Source of the DNA: a virus
Length of the DNA: 64,000 bases
Virus record (IMG/VR): IMGVR_UViG_3300009164_005114
Location: 18,856 to 82,855 of that record
Direction: 5' to 3' (one strand)
Both the position numbers and the translations under genes were made by a program. Under the pieces are notes generated by a model. That model had not been told where the DNA came from, ran no database searches, and worked only from the letters and a program-made list of their open reading frames with translations. This document shows, in pieces, positions 1-10,179 of the stretch (position 1 is its first letter; each line of letters starts with the position of its first letter).

Positions 1-1
1 T

Positions 2-2305
2 TGTAGTTACAGTACTAACAGCGTATTGCATTTGTTCTTTAGTAACTTCTTTTGAAGAAATTGCTTGTTGAATTTGAAATAAATCGTTTGGACTAATAGT
101 ATAATATTTTTTAGCCAATTCGTATAAATCATATTTTCTACATCCCGCAAAGAATGAATCTAAAATACTATCAACTCTAACTTTATTAGTTTCATTTGCC
201 AACACTTTATTAACAATAACATTTAATACTGACGGATGGTCAACAACAATTTTCCAAGTTAAACTACCACTTCTACTTGTATTTTTATAGGTGTAGATTG
301 GTTCAGGTCTTCCTAAGAAATCATTCGCATTCCAATTGGCAGTAACTGTTTCACTAAATGTTAACCCATATGGAGGGAACCACATAACTCTACCACCGTT
401 AGGTCCTCTTTCACAAACAGGTAAATCTGAAACAGAAAATCCTGGTGTATTTGAAGTTGCCCATGCTAAATTTTCTAATGAGAACATATATTTTTTAGCA
501 TAAGCATTATTATAACTTCCAATTAAATTTGTTGAGTCTTGACCCCCTTCTTGTTTGTTTGGAGCGATATTAAGATTATATGTTTTATCTAACACAGAAT
601 ATGAAAATCTTCTACCTTCAGTTGTAATACCATCAGTTTTTTGAAGGTCATTATATTGAAGATACGGAATGTCTTTGGCAAATACTCTACAGTATTCAGT
701 ACCAACTTCTTGTCCAATTGCCCCAACATAAGTTAAAACTCTTGAACCTTTTGTCATTTCAGTATATCCGTCATTGAATACTTTACTAACTTGGTCAATC
801 GCATTACCAACATGTTGTAATCGTTTACCACCTTGTGGTTGGCTGTCAACAATTCTTTGTGTTTTATCAAGAATAGAACCTTGTTTAAATGTTCTTTCTG
901 TTGATTCAGTTGAATTATATGATGATGGTTTAAAGTCAGAATCTTCTCTGATTATTTCACCACCAATACCAACTTTCTTACCAGCATTACCTTTGTATTT
1001 TGGTGACACCCATGTGAATCCACCTTCAATACCACCACCATTACTATATGTCGGACCATTAGCACCTAAACGAATTTCTTTACTTGGACCTTCATATAGT
1101 TGAGCTAATTCTGATGGACCATAAACAGGAGATTGTTGTTCATTACCAAATGAGTCAACAGGTAACGCTCTACTTGGTGAGAATACTCTTGAAGGGTCAG
1201 AACTTGTTGACCCAACATAAAAATTAGAATTATTTGTTTCTGTACCAACAATAGCACCACCTAATCTATCAAGTAATGTTCTGTCGTAATTTGGCTTATA
1301 TCTGTTGTAGTTAATATTTTTCCACAACAAAGATTTTTGCCCCGCACCTGTATTGTTATAAAATATTTGTGTACCAGTCTTACCAGCACCTAATAAGTTA
1401 CTTACAAAATTACCTGCTGCTGCAATTGGATTTGCAAGTAACGATTGTCCAATTGTTGTTGGTTGTGCAGGGTTAACATTTGGGTCAAAATAAGAACCTG
1501 GAATTAATGAGAATGGAGCAACACTACCACCCAATCTAAGTAAGAAATCTGCAGATGCCGAAACAGGATTAGATGGAACTGTAATTTGATAATTTGGCTC
1601 AATTAAAGGAACATTACCTGTTAATATATTAACAAGATTAGTACTACTGTTAACATTTAAAAAATTAGCACGACCTATTGTTTCTCTAATAATCGCTCTA
1701 CCTATTCTTTCTTGAAACTCTTTCTTAAGTGTTTTTGCACCTAATCGAGCAATATATGAATCCGCACTTAATAAACCATTACTACCTTGTGGGTCTGGAT
1801 TTAATAAAATTGAAAGTGGTGTATAAGATGAAGGATTGATAATTGTTGGGTATGGTTGACCATTTGGTATTCTACCGCCATCAGGATATACAATTTCTAA
1901 TGTTGTAACCGCTTCACCCGCATCAAAGGTATTACTTGTTGAGTAAGCATTAAGTGGTTTCCATATTTGTGTTGCAGCATATCCCGTATCAACAATATGA
2001 GCATCTTGTTGTCCAGGGCCATACTCCCCTTGATTTGAAGTTGTATTTAAGTTACCACTAATATCTGGTGCCAATTCATATCCACCATCATTACCCCATC
2101 TATTTAGTGGGTATTGTTTGTCCGCAAAAAATGTAGTATCAATTAATCCATCAGGACTATCAACTACCGCATAATCCGATTGAATCACCTCGTAAGTTGT
2201 AGGTGGCGTGGCGGGGTTAGGAGATTTAGCATAAGGTACTAAATTCCTGGTGATTAGTTTTTTTCTAAACCCCTCTGTGCTAATATAATCTAATGGACTC
2301 CCCAT
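2..2305 (-). CDS. Large virion structural protein, probably baseplate (partial, runs off the left edge; missing from the ORF track)
   Basis: ATG at 2305 gives MGSPLDYISTEGFRKKLITRNLVPY...; the same frame reads ...QMQYAVSTVTT at the window edge and contains GPNGGRVMWFPPY...FLGRPEPIYTY. It lies downstream of the tape measure gene and is preceded by the TATTTAT motif. Confidence 0.7.
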   Translation of the reverse strand, partial: MGSPLDYISTEGFRKKLITRNLVPYAKSPNPATPPTTYEVIQSDYAVVDSPDGLIDTTFFADKQYPLNRWGNDGGYELAPDISGNLNTTSNQGEYGPGQQDAHIVDTGYAATQIWKPLNAYSTSNTFDAGEAVTTLEIVYPDGGRIPNGQPYPTIINPSSYTPLSILLNPDPQGSNGLLSADSYIARLGAKTLKKEFQERIGRAIIRETIGRANFLNVNSSTNLVNILTGNVPLIEPNYQITVPSNPVSASADFLLRLGGSVAPFSLIPGSYFDPNVNPAQPTTIGQSLLANPIAAAGNFVSNLLGAGKTGTQIFYNNTGAGQKSLLWKNINYNRYKPNYDRTLLDRLGGAIVGTETNNSNFYVGSTSSDPSRVFSPSRALPVDSFGNEQQSPVYGPSELAQLYEGPSKEIRLGANGPTYSNGGGIEGGFTWVSPKYKGNAGKKVGIGGEIIREDSDFKPSSYNSTESTERTFKQGSILDKTQRIVDSQPQGGKRLQHVGNAIDQVSKVFNDGYTEMTKGSRVLTYVGAIGQEVGTEYCRVFAKDIPYLQYNDLQKTDGITTEGRRFSYSVLDKTYNLNIAPNKQEGGQDSTNLIGSYNNAYAKKYMFSLENLAWATSNTPGFSVSDLPVCERGPNGGRVMWFPPYGLTFSETVTANWNANDFLGRPEPIYTYKNTSRSGSLTWKIVVDHPSVLNVIVNKVLANETNKVRVDSILDSFFAGCRKYDLYELAKKYYTISPNDLFQIQQAISSKEVTKEQMQYAVSTVTT

Positions 2306-2348
2306 TTATACTTTTCTTAATAAATAGGTTAAAGGTAATTTTTTATCA

Positions 2349-4205
2349 TTAATATGAGACAACACCTTGACCTTTATTTGATTTTGTGTCAGATAAACTT
2401 AAAACATATTGTTTAAATTGGTCACTGTTAAAAATCGCATTTAATTGTTGTTGTGTTAGTGTAGTTCCTGGCGGGGTATCTATAGTAATTTTAAACTCAC
2501 CAAACTCAATTTTACTTGTTGTAGTTTTACTTTCAGTATTTGTTAAACTAGCATTTCGACTTACAGTTCTTTCCCCTAAAACATCTGTAAGAGATATTGG
2601 TTTTTGTGTTGTGGCGGCTGATTTTGATTTAACCGCACTAGCTGCGGAAGTTGTTGGTCTTCCTACCGCAGTTAAAAGTTCTTCAGAATATTTTTTGAAT
2701 TCTTTTTCAATAGTACTTGAACCAGTAACACCTTGGTTAGTTTTTTGAAGAATATCTTTAAGTGCTTCCATACCTTTATTACCCATACCACTCGCAGTAT
2801 TTGTAATACCTTCCTCAATTGCTTTAACTTTTTTAGATAAATCCTCATTACTTAACTTACCTGAAGTATTCGCAACATATAAATCTCTCATTTCTTTAAT
2901 AGCGTCATTAACTTTTTCTGTTATTACCGCGCTACCAGGAACAGTTGTATCAACCGCTTTACTAAGTGACCTTGTAATTCTATCTGCTCCTAATAAATTA
3001 CCTCTAATCGCAGAAGACCCCGCAACACCATAAGTTGCTTTGGCGACATTACCCTCAATTGCTCGTTGGATGTTTTTTAATACATCTAATTGACTTGTTT
3101 GAATTTCTTCTAAAGTTTTGGGAGCATTAGCCTGTTGTTCCCTTAACTTTTCCATTTCGTCCTGAGTAATATCACCTAATTTTTTGGTTTCAACTTTACC
3201 AGTTTCATCGTCTTTAAGTTGTACAACATACTCACCATCTTTCATTGTTGCCATATTGGCGAAGAATTGTTTATCTTCTTCGTCTTTAAATTTCAATGAA
3301 GGATTAATGGCCGAAACTCTTTTATCTAAATCTGCAGCAGCTAAAGCTGATTTTGTAAGTTGTTCATAAGAGATACCCGTCTCTTTAGACATTTCTCTTA
3401 ATGTTAATACACCTTGTGGATTTATTTTAAACGATTTGCTTTTTTCGTCAAATTCAGTAAATTGTTTTGTGGCTTTGATTAAACTGTCTTGTAATGCACC
3501 TGGGTCGTTAATTGCATCATTCATTAAGGCAAACGGGTCACCTAATTGTCCAACAGCTAATCCTAATCTTTGGAATGATGCCGCCATGTTAATAGCACCT
3601 TCAGGGTCTATAACTTTATTAGCAAATTCAGCGGTAGTTTTCATGTCAAATCTTAACATTGAAGCTTGAGCCGCCATTTTAGTTAACCCCTGAACACCAT
3701 CGTTAAAGTTAAATCTATTCATTAACTCCATGTTATTAGCAACATCGGTCATTACAGTTCTAGCATTCAAACCAATACTTTGAACATATTCAATAGATTT
3801 TTCTAAATTTGGTCCAATTTGAGATGTTTCATACCCAACTTTTGAAAAAGAATCAACCAATTCTTTAGCCCCAACACCTAATACTGTAGACGCGGCATAT
3901 AATTTACTAACTTGGTCTTCAGTTGCAATAACATTTCGTCTCGAACCTTCGGCAATTTTTGCCATAGTGTTTGAAACATCATTAATATCTCCACCTAATC
4001 TAATAACTCCTGCGGCCGCTCTAGAAACCGCATCGTTCATTTCATCTAATCTGGTTCTACCCTGAACAAAAGAATTATTTAGTTTATCGGCCTGTTGGTA
4101 CATGTTACCGATAGAGTCTAATATTTTTTCAATAGGTGACCCTAAACTATCAACGGTTTCTTTAAGTTCTTTAGCACTACCTTCGTCTTTTGGATTTCCT
4201 GCCAT
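2349..4205 (-). CDS. Tape measure-like protein
   Basis: 618 aa, Ala/Lys/Gln-rich and helical-looking; canonical position after tube and tail chaperone genes. Confidence 0.65.
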   Translation of the reverse strand: MAGNPKDEGSAKELKETVDSLGSPIEKILDSIGNMYQQADKLNNSFVQGRTRLDEMNDAVSRAAAGVIRLGGDINDVSNTMAKIAEGSRRNVIATEDQVSKLYAASTVLGVGAKELVDSFSKVGYETSQIGPNLEKSIEYVQSIGLNARTVMTDVANNMELMNRFNFNDGVQGLTKMAAQASMLRFDMKTTAEFANKVIDPEGAINMAASFQRLGLAVGQLGDPFALMNDAINDPGALQDSLIKATKQFTEFDEKSKSFKINPQGVLTLREMSKETGISYEQLTKSALAAADLDKRVSAINPSLKFKDEEDKQFFANMATMKDGEYVVQLKDDETGKVETKKLGDITQDEMEKLREQQANAPKTLEEIQTSQLDVLKNIQRAIEGNVAKATYGVAGSSAIRGNLLGADRITRSLSKAVDTTVPGSAVITEKVNDAIKEMRDLYVANTSGKLSNEDLSKKVKAIEEGITNTASGMGNKGMEALKDILQKTNQGVTGSSTIEKEFKKYSEELLTAVGRPTTSAASAVKSKSAATTQKPISLTDVLGERTVSRNASLTNTESKTTTSKIEFGEFKITIDTPPGTTLTQQQLNAIFNSDQFKQYVLSLSDTKSNKGQGVVSY

Positions 4206-4235
4206 GATATTAATTGGTTATGTATATAAATAGAA

Positions 4236-4260
4236 GAAGGACCAAAAATTTTAGTCCTTC
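4236..4260 (-). terminator. Hairpin at the end of the chaperone extension
   Basis: GAAGGAC...GTCCTTC inverted repeat. Confidence 0.4.
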
Positions 4261-4409
4261 TTATTATCTTCGAGCCATTTGTCCAATAAATATTTTCTAA
4301 CAAATATTGGCATTCGCTCAAAATCTTGATATGTAATTTTCATTAAAGTATTCAGATAGTAAAACTCATCTATCTGATTTTTTCTATAATCAGAAGAAAG
4401 GGCGAAAAA
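4251..4409 (-). CDS. Frameshift extension of the tail assembly chaperone (gpGT / T4 gp51-like segment)
   Basis: 52-codon frame FFALSSDYRKNQIDEFYYLNTLMKITYQDFERMPIFVRKYLLDKWLEDNKKD*, overlapping the chaperone 3' end in the +1 frame at TTT TTT CGC; contains the MP-x3-R motif typical of these segments. Confidence 0.65.
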   Translation of the reverse strand, partial: FFALSSDYRKNQIDEFYYLNTLMKITYQDFERMPIFVRKYLLDKWLEDNKKD

Positions 4410-5133
4410 AGTCGACCCCAAAACCAACATTCACTGTTAGTCTTTCTCCTGACGGGGCCATTATAATTTTAGTCATATCCAATCTTGGTTCGTTCTCATT
4501 CATAAAATTTTTAATGAACTTTGAATCGGCAATTGGCATTGACTCGATGAATTTTGCAATAACTGCTTTATCGGTTGAACCGTCAATCTCAATGATTTCT
4601 TTTTGTAATCTCCAAGTAACTCTTGGAACAACTCTGCCTTGGGGGTATGTTTCTGCTAATCTACCAATCTCCATAATTTCACCATAATTTAAAGGTTTAA
4701 TTTTAATTGTTGATTGTGATTTTGGTAAAAGAATTGTAAAACTACCGTCTTCATTTGGTTGTTGTCCGTTAATGATAGATAGTTCATCCAACCTAACATT
4801 TGTTTGAAATACTTTTTTAGTTGATGGGTCTGTAAGATTTAATGTCATCTCAGGACCAAATGCCGTGTTTCTTAAAAATATTAAGATTGCCTCAACATCA
4901 CCTTCAATTAGGTCTTCAACCCTAACATCTGGTTCGTAAATTTTTGCTCTTAATAAAGTCATTGTTAAATCATTAGTTCCACCCATCAAAATGTTTTCAT
5001 CTGATGCGGTAAGATAACCAACTTTTAATGATTTCTTTTTGTTTTTGTAGAAAATACCTTGAGAAGGTAATGGTACCACATCGTGTGGTAGTGTAAAATT
5101 TTGTTGACCGTAGTCGATTGTTTGATTATCCAT
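4390..5133 (-). CDS. Baseplate hub / tail assembly chaperone (T4 gp26-like)
   Basis: VPLPSQGIFY, LTASDENIL and GDVEAILIFLR motifs, C-terminal DFF; lies between tube and tape measure. Confidence 0.7.
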   Translation of the reverse strand: MDNQTIDYGQQNFTLPHDVVPLPSQGIFYKNKKKSLKVGYLTASDENILMGGTNDLTMTLLRAKIYEPDVRVEDLIEGDVEAILIFLRNTAFGPEMTLNLTDPSTKKVFQTNVRLDELSIINGQQPNEDGSFTILLPKSQSTIKIKPLNYGEIMEIGRLAETYPQGRVVPRVTWRLQKEIIEIDGSTDKAVIAKFIESMPIADSKFIKNFMNENEPRLDMTKIIMAPSGERLTVNVGFGVDFFRPFF

Positions 5134-5135
5134 AT

Positions 5136-5173
5136 AAAAAAATTAACCGTAAAGTTTAGTGCTTTACGGTTAA
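5136..5173 (-). terminator. Intrinsic terminator after the tail tube gene
   Basis: 12-bp stem TTAACCGTAAAG/CTTTACGGTTAA followed by a T7 run on the minus strand. Confidence 0.7.
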
Positions 5174-5205
5174 ATATAATTGATTGTAAAATTTTGTAAA
5201 TAAGA

Positions 5206-5694
5206 TTAGTAAACTAGTACACATCTATCCATTCTCAATGTCGCAGTAATAGACGCTAAAGCATCTGTTTTGTAGTCTAACGCATTGAAGTTAACGTCTG
5301 TTAAGAATGTTCCGTAAAGAATCCATTTCTCAACAACAACACCTGTTGGGTCCAACATTTCAAGGTCGATGTCTTTTTTGTAACCCGCAGCATAACCCAT
5401 ACGACCTGTCACTGATTCAGCATGTAGACGAACCCACTCCATAAGAGCTTGAGCCGCTGAAGGTCCAATTGGGTCTCTAAACGTTACGTTAATTGTTTGC
5501 CAGTTAAATCTACCAGCAACGAAAGTTGAAGTGTTTAAGAACGGTATCTCAACTGGTGCAATTTGAATATGAGGTCTTGATGTAGATTCTACAAACCACT
5601 CGTTAATACCCAAACTTGACGGAAACCTTAAGATGAAACGGTTTTGGCGTTTCGGTTCGTAAGGTATCGGCATTTTCATTAATAAATCAGCCAT
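5206..5694 (-). CDS. Tail tube protein (T4 gp19-like)
   Basis: EPKRQNRF, AGRFNWQTINVTFRD, YKKDIDLEMLDPTG.VVEKW motifs; 162 aa; downstream of sheath. Confidence 0.85.
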   Translation of the reverse strand: MADLLMKMPIPYEPKRQNRFILRFPSSLGINEWFVESTSRPHIQIAPVEIPFLNTSTFVAGRFNWQTINVTFRDPIGPSAAQALMEWVRLHAESVTGRMGYAAGYKKDIDLEMLDPTGVVVEKWILYGTFLTDVNFNALDYKTDALASITATLRMDRCVLVY

Positions 5695-5789
5695 GTTATT
5701 TTAATTTTTTTGTTTCTTTAGTTTATATCTATAAATATAGTCTTGTTAAAAAATTTTTCTCTTTACTTTTAATTTGGACGGATTATAAT

Positions 5790-6620
5790 CTAATTATATT
5801 CCTTTTTAACGCCTCCAGCAGTAGAATAAGTCTTAACTATATTATCTGGTTTATCTTTAAAATGTTTACTCATTACTTCAACATTTCTAATATCATCATC
5901 TGAAAATCCAATACTAGGTTGCTCTGGTACAAAATTATTTGACACATCGTTTTTAATATATGCCTTCTTATTAAGAACTGAAGCCATCGCCTTTATATAA
6001 GATACAAATTCTTCCATTGCACGAACTTTTGCTTCTTCGGGATTGGCAGCACCTGTTTCATCTCCAAAAGACACAGGGTGAAACTTACAAAGTTCCAAGT
6101 ACGACTTAATTAATTCATCGTCACTCATGTCCCCTTCATCCGTAAATGTTCTATATTTTTTAAGGTTCTTAATTAATTTGTCTTTATCTATACCATGAAA
6201 TCCATCAATAATGTAATTGTAAACAGCTTGTTTTAATGTGTTTGGGTTGTGACCTCTTGCGGTAATAATTGAAAAAATTGAACCGTTATTGATTGCCTCT
6301 CTAAAATCACTAAACGCTGGACCAAGTTTTGCTCTCATGGTATCTACTAAAAAATCTTTGTCACCTGCGGTTCTAAAATTTCTAAATGGGTCTTCAGCGA
6401 ATCCTAAAATGGTATTACCCTTATAATCAAAAGGTTCTTTACCTATTTGACTTCTATATTCCGCAAAGTCATCAGTACTCATACCAACTTCATCACCACT
6501 TTCAGTTTTTAATACTATCTTTGTTGGCATATGAACAATGTTGTCATCCCAATCAAATGCATAATATTTCATATCGGGTGTACCCTCACCTTTAAAACCT
6601 TCTTTAAGTTGTCTTTTCAT
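5790..6620 (-). CDS. HAD-superfamily phosphatase-like protein
   Basis: YAFDWDDNI (DxD), IITARGH, conserved K and GFSDDD match HAD motifs I-IV. Confidence 0.6.
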   Translation of the reverse strand: MKRQLKEGFKGEGTPDMKYYAFDWDDNIVHMPTKIVLKTESGDEVGMSTDDFAEYRSQIGKEPFDYKGNTILGFAEDPFRNFRTAGDKDFLVDTMRAKLGPAFSDFREAINNGSIFSIITARGHNPNTLKQAVYNYIIDGFHGIDKDKLIKNLKKYRTFTDEGDMSDDELIKSYLELCKFHPVSFGDETGAANPEEAKVRAMEEFVSYIKAMASVLNKKAYIKNDVSNNFVPEQPSIGFSDDDIRNVEVMSKHFKDKPDNIVKTYSTAGGVKKEYN

Positions 6621-6633
6621 ACTTTGGCATTTA

Positions 6634-6654
6634 GGGGGTACTTAATGTACCCCC
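6634..6654. other. GC-rich hairpin immediately 3' of the sheath gene
   Basis: GGGGGTAC-TTAAT-GTACCCCC with no U-tract; stabiliser or weak terminator. Confidence 0.5.
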
Positions 6655-6663
6655 ATGAATTTA

Positions 6664-9600
6664 TTATATATTTTCAAACGAAGCTCCTGTTGGAGTAATG
6701 AAGAATTCAATATCAATAAACTCCAAAGCTTTCGTAGGTTTTAGGTAGATTTTACCTGTTAAAGTGTTTCTATCTAAATCTTCAGGTGAAGAAGATACTG
6801 TTACACGGAAATCGTATAAACCTCTGTCTCTTCTAATTGAATCTAAGATAGGGTTAACACTATCCAAGAATTGTTGTCTAACAACTTGGTCGTTTTGTTC
6901 AAACAATAATCTTACCGCCACTGCTGAAATCAATTTACGAGCTTGTAGTAATAATCTTCTTACGTTTAATCTGTTAAGTGCTGTGTCAGCAACTTGTAGA
7001 GTTTTATTACCCCAAATTACAGTTCCAACATCAGAGAAAGTTGCGATAGGGTTAATTCTACCTTGATACAATGTATCTCTATCAGTTTGTGTAAGTTTTT
7101 GTCTAGCTTTGATTGAGTTTACAAGACCTCTTGTGTAACCCGCTGATGCAAACCAAGGGAATGAAATGTTATCTGTCAACGCTAAGTTTCTACAAACCTC
7201 ACCTGTTGGTGGTAAATAAATTTGAGTATTGTTAACTGTATCTCTTGTTAAAATCCAAGGATAATAAGTTGCGGTATAGTTAGAGTCAATTCCTGTGTTA
7301 TCTAAGTTATCAACCGCTTCTTGTGAGTAGATGATATCTTGTGGGTTGGTTGAATCTGGTGTATACATATTATAGTCAGGAGTTGTTGCGATATAAACCG
7401 AGTCAGCTCTTGAATATTGTACCATATCTATTGCTTCTTCTACTAAGTTTGAGTTATTAACATAATCAATACTTGAAGTTGCAAACACGTTAATGTTAGT
7501 TGCTTCAGGATTTGCAAATGTTAAGATACCAAGTAAGTAAGCGTAATAGTCAGTGTTTGCGAAATCTTGAGTATTATTTTGAACCACAATTCTTTTGAAT
7601 ATACCGTCACCTGTTGCGGTTGGATATCTTGAAGAAGGGTATGCTCCTGATAAATAACCTGAAGAACCTAATTGGAATCTATCTTGGTTAGTTCTAAACT
7701 CTCTGTAAATATCCCATCCATCAAATCCACCTGCAAAACACACTGTGTATTTTCTTGAATAAATAAAGTAATAAGGATTTTCTTGAGTTTGCGGGTCAAA
7801 TCTAAAGTCAGCAGTTCCACATTCAAATGCCGTTTGTCCACTTGTCATTGAAGTTCTTGCGATTGTTACAACTGTAGCACCTGAGTCCATATGGAAACCT
7901 CTACTCAAATAATTCCATTTAACTGATTCTGTAGCTAATTCCCACCCAACAATTGGGTTTTGTTTACCTTTGTATGTTAGTAATGACTCATCAACACCAT
8001 ATTGTGTTGAGAATCCTAAATATGTTTTTCTAACAATATCTCCCCCTGATTCAACTGTTCCTCCTCCAACGGCAGAACCGAATGGTGGATTTGCAATAAC
8101 CTCTCCAGGGTAATCATATTTAGTTTTAAATTTAGGGAATGGTGATGGATATACATTAGCGTCTTCATATTCTCTTTGTGTGTAACCGTAGAAACCACAA
8201 GGTAATGAGTCTATTGGATATTCATTTGCCATTTCAACCATTATATATTTTGAAATTAATGCGAACTCACCGTTAGACGAACCAATCTTTTTAGCAATAA
8301 AGTTATTTGTACCTGGGTCCATATTACAATTTGTAAATTTCTCAATTACAATTGGATTAGAATCAGTGTCAAAGAAATTTCTAACTAATACATCAAAAGA
8401 CATATTATTAAACGATAAATTAGCAATTGAAACTTTAACTTCGGTATTTGCTGCATCACCATCAGAAATTGATATGAATTTAAACAAATCATATACTTTA
8501 TTACCTCTTAATTCTGAAACTAAGAAAGGTGTTTCAGGTGATTGATATTTTTCTAAATTCCATGCAATTGATGAACTTGATTGACTTCTTGCGTCTGGTA
8601 GTGCAATTAAATCACAATTTAATCCACGAACATAACCTTGACTATAACCATAATTCAAACTTCCTTGATAAATTTCTTCAACATAAATTGGAACTTGGAA
8701 TCTTGATTTACCAAAATTATCAACACCCAATACTTTAGTTATATATTTTGCAGATGATGCTAATAATGAAGTCTCAAATGAGAATGTGTTATTATCTTTA
8801 GTTACACCTGAAAGTAAGAAAGATGCATATGGAGATTGAGTTATACCCGAATATTGACCTGTACAAACAAGTTGTAAGTTATTAGGTACCCATGTATTGT
8901 TATTATTGTAATCAATACCTACTTCATAAACAGGACCATGGTCAACACTATCAGCACTGTTTGCGTAAAGTGAGATACCTCTTGAACGAATAGTACCTAC
9001 AACCATATTATTATATTCAGAGTAAGCAGTACCTGTAAATTGGTAAGTCATACCTGTAATAGTACCTGTAAATTCTGTAGATGTTGCACCAGTTGCTAAA
9101 GTACCTACAGTGTAGTAGAATGAATATCCTGTATAAGCATTTCCTGAAGAAATGTCAAAGTTTGCATAATACCATGGGTCGTTTGATGACGAAGTTAAAT
9201 CATTCTGAGCTAAATTGTTTTCACACTTATATGGGTCTTTAATAACATTATAAGTGTTTGTTAAACCGTAGTAATCGCTTTCAGGAATTGCACCGTACAT
9301 AACAACAGTTGTTGCTGAAAGGTTAGGGCTATCCATAATACCGTCTAAAATAGAATTAAAGTCACTTTGTAATGTTGATGTAGAACCATCAGACAATCTA
9401 TATTGTACATTTAAATTTGCTTGAACCTCAACAGGAAGTTGAGAAAGGTTTGTAAATGTAACAGTATTCCCTGTAGAATTACCTGTAAACGTTGCAGTAA
9501 AAGGTGCACTACTTGTGTTTATTGCAATTGTTGTAGGGTCAACATTGGCAATTAACGAAAGACTCCAAGATGGACCCGCGTCATAACCTGATAGACCTAA

Positions 9601-9897
9601 AACTCTTGTAACAAACAATTGGTTAGATTGTTGTAGATATGACTTAGCGATGTAAGCAGCCTCATACTTTGGTATCTGAGTGTTATAAAACTTAACGGGT
9701 TCTGTTCCCCCGAAATAAGCTTGAAACTCATCATAGTTTGTTATGAATACTGGTTCGAATGCTGGTCCTTTTATAGTTTCTCCAACAAGACCTAAAGTTG
9801 TTACACCCACACTTTGGGCTACGAATGATAAGTCGGTTTCGGATGTGTATACGCCTGGTGATACGAATACTTTTTGATTTGCTTGTGCTGTTGCCAT
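6664..9897 (-). CDS. Tail sheath protein with large insertion domains
   Basis: SPGVYTSETD N-terminus; PWFASAGYTRG, LYQGRINPI, IWGNKTLQ, RLNVRRLL, LFEQND, KPTKALEFI. Confidence 0.95.
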   Translation of the reverse strand: MATAQANQKVFVSPGVYTSETDLSFVAQSVGVTTLGLVGETIKGPAFEPVFITNYDEFQAYFGGTEPVKFYNTQIPKYEAAYIAKSYLQQSNQLFVTRVLGLSGYDAGPSWSLSLIANVDPTTIAINTSSAPFTATFTGNSTGNTVTFTNLSQLPVEVQANLNVQYRLSDGSTSTLQSDFNSILDGIMDSPNLSATTVVMYGAIPESDYYGLTNTYNVIKDPYKCENNLAQNDLTSSSNDPWYYANFDISSGNAYTGYSFYYTVGTLATGATSTEFTGTITGMTYQFTGTAYSEYNNMVVGTIRSRGISLYANSADSVDHGPVYEVGIDYNNNNTWVPNNLQLVCTGQYSGITQSPYASFLLSGVTKDNNTFSFETSLLASSAKYITKVLGVDNFGKSRFQVPIYVEEIYQGSLNYGYSQGYVRGLNCDLIALPDARSQSSSSIAWNLEKYQSPETPFLVSELRGNKVYDLFKFISISDGDAANTEVKVSIANLSFNNMSFDVLVRNFFDTDSNPIVIEKFTNCNMDPGTNNFIAKKIGSSNGEFALISKYIMVEMANEYPIDSLPCGFYGYTQREYEDANVYPSPFPKFKTKYDYPGEVIANPPFGSAVGGGTVESGGDIVRKTYLGFSTQYGVDESLLTYKGKQNPIVGWELATESVKWNYLSRGFHMDSGATVVTIARTSMTSGQTAFECGTADFRFDPQTQENPYYFIYSRKYTVCFAGGFDGWDIYREFRTNQDRFQLGSSGYLSGAYPSSRYPTATGDGIFKRIVVQNNTQDFANTDYYAYLLGILTFANPEATNINVFATSSIDYVNNSNLVEEAIDMVQYSRADSVYIATTPDYNMYTPDSTNPQDIIYSQEAVDNLDNTGIDSNYTATYYPWILTRDTVNNTQIYLPPTGEVCRNLALTDNISFPWFASAGYTRGLVNSIKARQKLTQTDRDTLYQGRINPIATFSDVGTVIWGNKTLQVADTALNRLNVRRLLLQARKLISAVAVRLLFEQNDQVVRQQFLDSVNPILDSIRRDRGLYDFRVTVSSSPEDLDRNTLTGKIYLKPTKALEFIDIEFFITPTGASFENI

Positions 9898-9998
9898 TAT
9901 TAAATTATTCTGTTACAGATTTATTTTATAGATAAATATTCAACATAAGTTGAAAAAACTTTACTTTTCAATAACTATTTATAAACGGTATGAATTAA

Positions 9999-10017
9999 TT
10001 CTGCCTTTTTTCTGCCT
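9999..10017 (+). promoter_or_regulatory. Direct repeat TTCTGCCT x2 abutting the RHH start codon (candidate operator)
   Basis: Copies at 9999-10006 and 10010-10017, 11-bp period. Confidence 0.45.
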
Positions 10018-10179
10018 ATGAAAACTAATAAGGAAATCAAGAATATTAAAATATCACCTGAATCACACGAGATATTGAAAAAATACTGTGATAAGAGGGG
10101 AATAAAGATTTATAAATTTTTAGAAAATTTAATTATTGAGAAGTGCAAAGAGAAGAAAGATATATACGGTGAAGATTAA
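10018..10179 (+). CDS. Small ribbon-helix-helix DNA-binding protein (53 aa, missing from the ORF track)
   Basis: MKTNKEIKNIKISPESHEILKKYCDKRGIKIYKFLENLIIEKC... shows the beta-strand/helix/G/helix RHH pattern. Confidence 0.7.
   Translation: MKTNKEIKNIKISPESHEILKKYCDKRGIKIYKFLENLIIEKCKEKKDIYGED

Noticed and set aside
774-3669. Short plus-strand ORFs (774, 2386, 3184, 3436) and similar antisense or nested ORFs throughout the track
   Set aside because: They are shadows of long, motif-bearing genes on the other strand or frame, with non-protein-like composition.
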